This document shows positions 59,220 to 64,000 of a DNA stretch of 64,000 nucleotides, in pieces. Source of the DNA: Cyanophora paradoxa CCMP329 (taxonomy: Eukaryota > Plantae > Glaucophyta); NCBI GenBank assembly GCA_004431415.1, contig QPMI01000420.1, positions 248,001 through 312,000 of the forward strand. Reading direction: 5' to 3'. The first letter of the stretch is position 1, and every line of letters starts with the position of its first letter. The notes beneath the pieces were generated by a model. The model was not told where the DNA came from and did no database searches. It worked only from the letters and a program-made list of their open reading frames with translations. Position numbers and translations under genes: made by a program.

Positions 59220-60276
59220 TCACCGTAGCTTGGTGTAGCTCAGGCCCAGGCCGGGTAGGCGAGTCTGTAATGAATCAGACCGCGCAGGATTTGGTTGAGC
59301 TGCTCGGTGCAGGGGGCGGGAAGGCGAGGCCGCGGAGGGCCATAGAGACGTAGCGGAAGGGGTGGGGAGGCGGCCCCTGTTATCCCACATGGCGTCCACT
59401 ATGGCGTTGTGGACCACTTGCTCTGGAGGGCGGGACGGGCCTGCGCGCACCGTTTCAGGGCCCTCAGCAGCCCTCGAAGATGTTGGAGTTGGCGTGCACC
59501 AGCGGAGGGAGGGCTGGGACGGCGGCGGCGAGCCCGGGCCGAGCCCTGGGTGGCGAGGGCCTGCGAGGGCGCCGGCTCCAGCTCCATCTCGAACATACCG
59601 CCCTCGACGTCGACGGTCACGGGCGGCGAGGCCGGGATCGCGCCGGCCTGCTGCGTGGCGGGGACCTGAGCCGAGAAGTTCTCGAGCCGCCACTCGCGGC
59701 AGCCCTGGCACTCACCTGGACGAAGACGGTGCGGTTGGCGACGGGCGGCGTCGGCAGGGCCTGCGCGGGGGCGTCACTCACAGAAGCCGAAGGCGCCGGC
59801 CTTGTGGGGCGGGGCGTCGGGGTCGCGGGGCGTGCTATAGGCCTCCGAGCCCTCCGATTCAGAGTCACTCACCGGGCTGAGAGGGTGGGTGAGAAGAGGC
59901 CGAGGCGGGCCTTCTTGGCGGGCAGGAGGTGGGAGCCGTTGAGGGCGCAATCGGCGCCGTGGGCGCACCTCTCTCCGTAGGTGGGGCAGAGGGCCGGGGC
60001 GAGGGCGCCGGAGCCAAGGGCGCCGGAGCCGAGGACGCCGGGGGCTGGAGGAGGCGGTGAGAGGGCCGAGGAGGAGAGGAAGGGGGAAGGGCGCGGGCAC
60101 CGGCGCCGGGACGAGGCCCTCCTCCAGCAGCCGCATCTGCGCCTCCTTCGCCTTCTCGTCGATGCGGGCCTCGAACGTCGCCCAGTTGAAGCCGACGGCG
60201 TCCGCCTCCGCCAGCTCGGGGAGGCCGTGCTCGTCGAACGCCAGCGCGGGCCGCCCGCTGAAGCCGAACGGGGCGG
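59220..60276 (-). pseudogene. 5'-truncated, frameshifted Pro/Ala-rich ORF C with a CCCH-like motif
   Basis: Consecutive coding-like segments in shifting frames: APFGFSGRPALAFDEHGLPELAEADAVGFNWATFEARIDEKAKEAQMRLLEEG; LCPTYGERCAHGADCALNGSH; VTVDVEGGMFEMELEPAPSQ; EQVVHNAIVDAMWDNRG. No start before the junction at 60277. Confidence 0.5.
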
Positions 60277-63200
60277 ATGTGCGGCGGGGATCAAAGGGAT
60301 CGCCTAAAGCGGCGAGGAGATCTAGAGATAGCGGGGGGCGGTCTAGAGTTGATAAGAACATCTCTAATTTATAAGCCACACCTAAGCCACCTGAGGCTAT
60401 AGCTATCTCTCCTCGACCAGGACATCTGCTGCGGCCGCTCGGATCAGAGCTCAAGCCTAGCCTAGCCTAGCCTAGCCTTCCTCGCGATCATCGATTGATA
60501 ACTAATAGTTGCGATTGCGTCCCATCCAACCACTCCCGCGCGGGCGCGCAGGCGGGTGGGGTGCTGGGGCGCGGAGCACGCGCTCTGGAGCGCGACGCTG
60601 GGCCTCGGCGGCGTCCTCCTCTTCGTCGTCGGCATCCCCTTCGCCGGCCTCGCCCTCCTGGCCCGCCCCCGCCCCGGCCCCGGCCCGGCCCCGCCCCCGA
60701 TCGCGAGGGGAGAGGCTAGAAGCTTAAGCTCCGCACTAGCTTTGGAAATGAGGCGCGCAGAGAATTTAAAGAATAAGGGGCGATCGGCGGCTCCGAGCGT
60801 CGCGCGCTGACCGGCCGCCCGCCCGCGCCCGGCGCCGCAGACGGCGAACCGGGGCCGCCTGGCGGAGCGGCGCGTGCTCCTCCGCTACGGCTTCCTCCTC
60901 CGCGGCTACCGCCGCCGCCGCTTCTTTTGGGAGGCCGTGCGCCCCTCGAATCTATTTACGAACTTCTCTAGAAGCCTTTTGTAATTTATTGGCATCTTGT
61001 GCGCGATGCTTTAATCTATAGTTGTAAGCCCTTTCATTATCGATCCTTCCTGACAGCCGTCGATACACGAATCCGCCTAACGCTTCTCCATAATGCTTTT
61101 TGTAATTTATATTATCGCGTATGCAGGTGGTGGTGCTGCGGAAGCTGGCCTTCGTCTTCGTGGCCTCCTTCTTCTCGTCGCGCCCCGTCGTCCAGGGCCT
61201 CCTCGGCACCGGCATCCTCGTCGCCGGTGCGCCCTCCAGCTCTGATTCGAAGCGGGCCGATCCTAGCGCCGCGAAGTCTATATATTAGCGCTTCTCAATT
61301 ATTACGTTGAATTTCCCATGTATATTGAAGCCGATTCGTTGCTTCGCTAATATTTATATACGAACATCGCCGGCGCCGCCCGCCGCCGCGCCGCCGCGGC
61401 CACCGGCCCGAGCTCGAAGCGGATCGATCGCCCGCGAAATTGCGAGACGACTATATATCCTCGCTACACGAAGCCTACCAGCGCTTCGCGACCATAACTC
61501 TTAATTCAAATCCGAGGCACTTTAAATTTCCCGATTTATAATTACGAGCATCGCCGGCGCCGATTTCGATCCCGATGCCGATCGAAACGTGCACGTGACG
61601 GCGGCCGGGCCGGCAGCGCTGATCCTGAACATCGTGATGCGGCCGTACTCGCTCGAGCTCCTGAACGTCCTCGACTCGGCCGCGCTCCTCGCCTCCGCCC
61701 TCACGGTCGGCCCTCGCCCGCCCCCTCACTCGCCCCGCGGCCGCTGACGCCGGGCGCCTGTGCCTGCGCCCGCGGGACAGCTGTACGCGGGGCTCTTCTT
61801 TTACTCGCAGGAGGTCGCCGGCGCCGACTCCGCCGCCGTCACCGTCATCCTCGTGCGCCCGCGACGAATCCGATCGAATCGAGCCAATTAGATACAGAGC
61901 TAGCGCTAGATCTAGAGCTGAACATGAAGTCAGGACCGCGCGCGCGCCTCCCTCTCACCCGCGCGCCCCCGGCCCGTCCGCCCCCGCCCCCGCAGCTGGG
62001 CATCAACGTGGTCTTCTGCGCCTTCTGGGTCGCCTGCCTCGCCTACGAGCTCCACAAGAAGGCCAAGCAGCAGGTCCGCCCGCGCTCTGCTCTAGATTCA
62101 GATCTTTGCCAAAAACAAATTAAGAGTGAAAAGTGGGCGTTGCGATGAGAAGACGTCTTTCCCGGGGGCTGCCCTTCCCGCCGGGTCACTATGTATCGCC
62201 CTGCCGTGTTTCGAATTCCGGAGTTTTAAGTGGCGCCTCTGGATCTGCGACATCGATATCGCCGCCGCGAATGCGGTTTTCGGATCCTGCGCCGATCGTG
62301 CGTGCACGTGGCCGGGCGCGGCGCCGGAGCTGAGTTATAAAAGTGGCGCCTCTGTGTCTCCGATGTCGATATCGATATCGCCGCTGCGAATTCGAATGCG
62401 GTTTTCGGATCGGTTTTCGAATGGGTCATGATCATTCGCGGCAGTTCCCGGACGCGCCGGTGCTGCTCTTCGCCGACGCCGTCGGCCGCCGCCTCTCCGC
62501 CATCTCGTGCGCCGCCCTTCTCGTGCAGTGCTGGTGCTATCACTAGTGTAGTTCTCTTTGTCTCTGACGGGGGCCTCGCGATCGCGGCTAGGTACGTGCG
62601 GGACTGGCTGGCGGCGACGGACGACAACGACAACGAGATCGAGGTCAAGGGCGACGCGGGCTCGCCGCCCCCCGCCGCGGCGCCGCCGGCGATCGCGAGC
62701 CCCCTGGGCCTGCCATATGCATCCAAGCCCCGCCCGACGGTGCAGGGCAAGGGCAACGCCGCGAATTCGAAGGCCGCCGCCCACGGCGACGCCGACGCCG
62801 GCGCCGCGGACGCGGACGCGGACGCGCATGGGCACGGGCACGTCGCGGGCGCCGTCGTCGCCGAACTCGACGCGTGCAGCGAGGCCCATCTGCGCGTGCG
62901 CGCGCCGCCGCCGCGGGGCGCCGGCGCCGGCGCTGCTCCGGCGGAGATCGTCGACCTGCGGCTGCAGGCCTAGGGTCCTGGCCATATATATGCATGGGGC
63001 GTACACGTACACGCACCTGCCGATCGCGAGGGGCCAGGGTCTCCCGAGTCCGCCCAGCGGGGCCGGGCCGAGGGGCCGGGCCATGGCCAACGTGGTCTTC
63101 CGCGCCTTCTGGGTCGCATGCCTGTTGTCGACGAATTCAAACGCCGAGCAGCCTGTTCTCGGCGAATTAACTATTTCTTTGCAATTGTGCAGTACTAGTA

Positions 63201-64000
63201 GTCTAGTACTAGTACTAGTACTAGTCTCGTTAGCCAGCACGTGCACCGACATACAGCATACGGCTTCTAAATGCATTCATGCTAGTACTAGTATTGCTTT
63301 ACGTCTTCAAATCGTGTCTTGTCGTATGCCTAATGCGCGGAGTCAAATTTTGCTGTGCTGTCTAGCCCCGCCCAGAGAGCTTTTGCTCCCCCATGGCCAT
63401 TCCCCCAGGAACTCTTTTGCTGTACATGCGTGAGTCTCACTCTAGATGTGAAATTTGCCAGGCTTGCCAGAGTATATGCATAAGTACCTGTGAGAGCGAT
63501 ATCAGTCGCTATCAGTCTCCGGCTGATAATAGCCTGATTTTATGTCGAGTCATTGTGCCACGGTGTCGACACTGACTCGACAGTATAACTCGACACTGAT
63601 CATGATTCGAATTCGGCGTTGACGACACCATGACGACAGGCATCGAGTCGGACACTCAGGAGCTCGAGTGGACACTGGACAGCAGTGTCACAGCACTAGT
63701 GTCTAATTTCAACAACCCAGCACAAAAGCAAGAATTAAATAGGATTAATGGGAGAGTCTGGGGTCTAGATGTAGACCTACCCGTACTAGGCTAGCCTAAT
63801 AGCTATAGCAATAGATTTGGATTCTTGGAGATTCGAATTCTAGCTATATATAGATCTGGAGATCTAGACTGGCATCTGGACTGCCGCAGCTAGGGTTGAC
63901 GCTTCACACGAAGTTTCGCACTGGCATGTATACGTACATATGCATGTACATATGCACGTGTGGTTATAATTATATATGTGGGCCTTTGTGAAGCGTTGAG
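60277..64000 (+). pseudogene. Second copy of the duplication: promoterless 3' exons of the receptor gene (stop at 62973) plus flank; runs off the window
   Basis: Identity to 52967-56692 starts at ATGTGCGGCGGGGATC (60277). Confidence 0.9.

Larger units (their letters stand above)
56700..60276. mobile_element. Apparently intronless, gene-dense virus-like island (putative endogenous viral element or DNA-transposon fragment); left boundary uncertain, right end cut by the duplication junction
   Basis: Four tightly packed ORFs with 35-135 bp spacers, lower GC over the first three, no host-type introns seen, a YqaJ nuclease, and 3'-end hairpins. No capsid, polymerase, integrase or transposase in view. 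Confidence 0.65.

Noticed and set aside
56913-59222. Alternative genetic code (TGA=Trp) for the island
   Set aside because: All other Trp codons in A, B and YqaJ are TGG and only one TGA aligns with Trp; the evidence is insufficient.
1-64000. U12-type (RTATCCTT) introns, tRNA or rRNA genes
   Set aside because: None recognised by eye; a covariance-model or intronIC scan would be needed to exclude them.

Overview
This is eukaryotic nuclear DNA from a GC-rich, very intron-dense flagellated protist or alga. SPEF2 implies a motile cilium; the style is reminiscent of a glaucophyte, but the organism cannot be identified from sequence alone. Gene models were spliced by eye, so exon boundaries are approximate. 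Host genes, in order: (1) a probably N-myristoylated protein built from five copies of an unrecognised ~85-aa Cys repeat; (2) a spliced gene with five tandem bacterial/phage-type excisionase (HTH_17/MerR-like) DNA-binding domains; (3) head-to-head with it, a ZZ-ZZ-VIT-vWA (VWA5A-like) gene; (4) a low-complexity hypothetical gene; (5) SPEF2; (6) UPF3 and (7) SCNM1, head-to-head with 86 bp between start codons; (8) an ~18-kb CUB/EGF/beta-helix(GGA-repeat)/Cys-rich/multi-TM receptor-like gene. Many introns use GC rather than GT donors. Accessory DNA includes a 1.4-kb poly(A) retroposon with a 15-bp target-site duplication and a block of three different tandem arrays (40, 172 and 140 bp units). 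There is also an apparently intronless, gene-dense, virus-like island (~56.7-60.3 kb) carrying a YqaJ/lambda-exonuclease, a pair of divergent paralogous orphan genes and 3'-end hairpins. The island lies between two near-identical copies, 7.3 kb apart, of the receptor gene's 3' end.
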